A stretch of DNA of 64,000 nt from Squalus acanthias (lineage: Eukaryota): the NCBI GenBank assembly GCA_030390025.1, contig CM059425.1, positions 170,192,001-170,256,000 on the forward strand. Direction: 5' to 3'. How positions within the stretch are numbered: position 1 is the stretch's first letter; every line of letters begins with the position of its first letter. This document shows positions 62,859 to 64,000 of this stretch, in pieces. The notes beneath the pieces were generated by a model. It was not told where the DNA came from. It did not search any database and worked only from the letters and a program-made list of their open reading frames with translations. The position numbers were made by a program, and so were the translations under genes.

Positions 62859-63819
62859 CTGTTTCTCTCTCCACGGATGCTGCCTGGCCTGCTGAGTTTT
62901 TCCAGCATTTTCTGTTGTTATTTCGGATTTCCAGCATCTGCAGTATTTTGCTATCACATATTAACACACTTGCACTCATTGTAGGAGAAGCTGGCACACA
63001 ACAGGAGGGAGACAACAAGGACAGGAAGAGGCCCTGCCACTATGAAAATACAGACGCCCATGGAAGAGGCTGCCAAAGCCACAGCAGTCAGCATTTGAGA
63101 TGGGGAGGTTCGAGGCTTGAGGCCTGGCAAAGCAGTGTTGACATCTCCCCTTCCTCTTCTCTTTCTACTTAACTCGTTCAGTCACAAAGTCACACACTCA
63201 GCATGACAAACTGGTGGTGTATTGCGCAGCTACTGATCTGTTAATGCTCACCCTTGTGACTACACCCTAACCCTTGTCCCTCTCCCCTTTTTCTAGGTGA
63301 ATCAGATGACTCAATTACTATTGCCAGACAGATTGACGAGGATAACCCTGAAGACAATGCACCGTCTCTCGCTCTTTCCCTGCCAAACACCAGCATGGAA
63401 ATCGGCATCCCGTGTGACTTAGATATGATATGCAAGCGACTGCACCATTGGATTCATTGAGCACAAGTGAGCATCAGCAGGTGGAGGTGGCAAGGAAGGC
63501 CAAGGAAGAGCTGACTGCAGGGCCAACTCATATCCTAGCTCTGCTGCAAAAAGACAGAGATGCAGACTTCAGGGGCCCAGTGTTTAAAGGGAAGATGATT
63601 TCTGTGCACTAGCCATTGCTGAATGCATTGGACTGCCTGCCAGGGAGCTTGCAAAACATTTCAGATACTACTGTGGAGTCCACTACCATCTCGTGTTGGC
63701 ATCTCATGCATGGCATCAACACTCTGCAGTCAACTATGGAGTGTGTGGTCACCTCAGTGGCATTGCAGCTGAGCCCTCCTCCCCCCTCACTGAGTCTGCA
63801 ACACCATTAATAGCACCTT

Positions 63820-64000
63820 TAGAGACTTTAAACAAATATTTTATATCTGTCTTCACAGTAGAAGACACAAAAAACATACCAAAAATAGTGGAGAACCAAG
63901 GGGCTAATGAAAGCGAGGAACTTAAAGTAACTATGATCAGTAAGGAAAAAGTACTTGAGAAACTAATGGGACTACAAGCTGACAAATCCCCTGGACCTGA
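63820..64000 (+). mobile_element. CR1 ORF2 fragment running off the window
   Basis: ETLNKYFISVFTVED...LMGLQADKSPGP. Confidence 0.85.

Larger units (their letters stand above)
60032..62954 (+). mobile_element. 5'-truncated Penelope-like retroelement (family 2)
   Basis: RT + GIY-YIG ORF, 3' terminal repeat containing a hammerhead motif, and TSD cacatatta (60023-31, 62955-63). Confidence 0.92.
58880..63800 (+). pseudogene. Degenerate Harbinger Myb gene whose first intron holds a CR1-like LINE and a Penelope element
   Basis: Exon-1-like RFSDAAVEMLV...KLNDLTR with donor aag|gtaat (~59103). Exon-2-like tgtag|EKLAHNRRE at ~62985. Exon-3-like sequence from ~63298. Confidence 0.6.

Overview
This is eukaryotic, repeat-dense DNA. 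The element families present (CR1 with esterase ORF1, DeuSINE, LF-SINE, abundant Harbinger MITEs, Penelope) point to a cartilaginous fish, which is an inference. No host protein-coding gene is confidently visible, and nearly all listed ORFs are transposon fragments or their antisense shadows. The window holds several CR1 LINE families (one near full length at 2575-6545), an RTE LINE, L2 ends and CR1-Zenon-like relics. It also holds many PIF/Harbinger elements (a spliced Myb/SANT gene, DDE transposase remnants, MITEs), a TA-targeting pogo/Tigger-like MITE, and a Penelope-like element (PLE) with RT plus GIY-YIG at 60032-62954, often nested several layers deep. The strongest signal is a 37-38-nt minimal hammerhead-ribozyme fold carried by two sequence-unrelated PLE terminal-repeat families. 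Stems I, II and III all covary around an identical core, and stem III is a palindrome that could only form in a dimer. Short fold-back PLE insertions with 80-91-bp inverted arms and long TSDs break at the 5' edge of this motif. All alignments were done by eye, and boundaries of degenerate relics are approximate.
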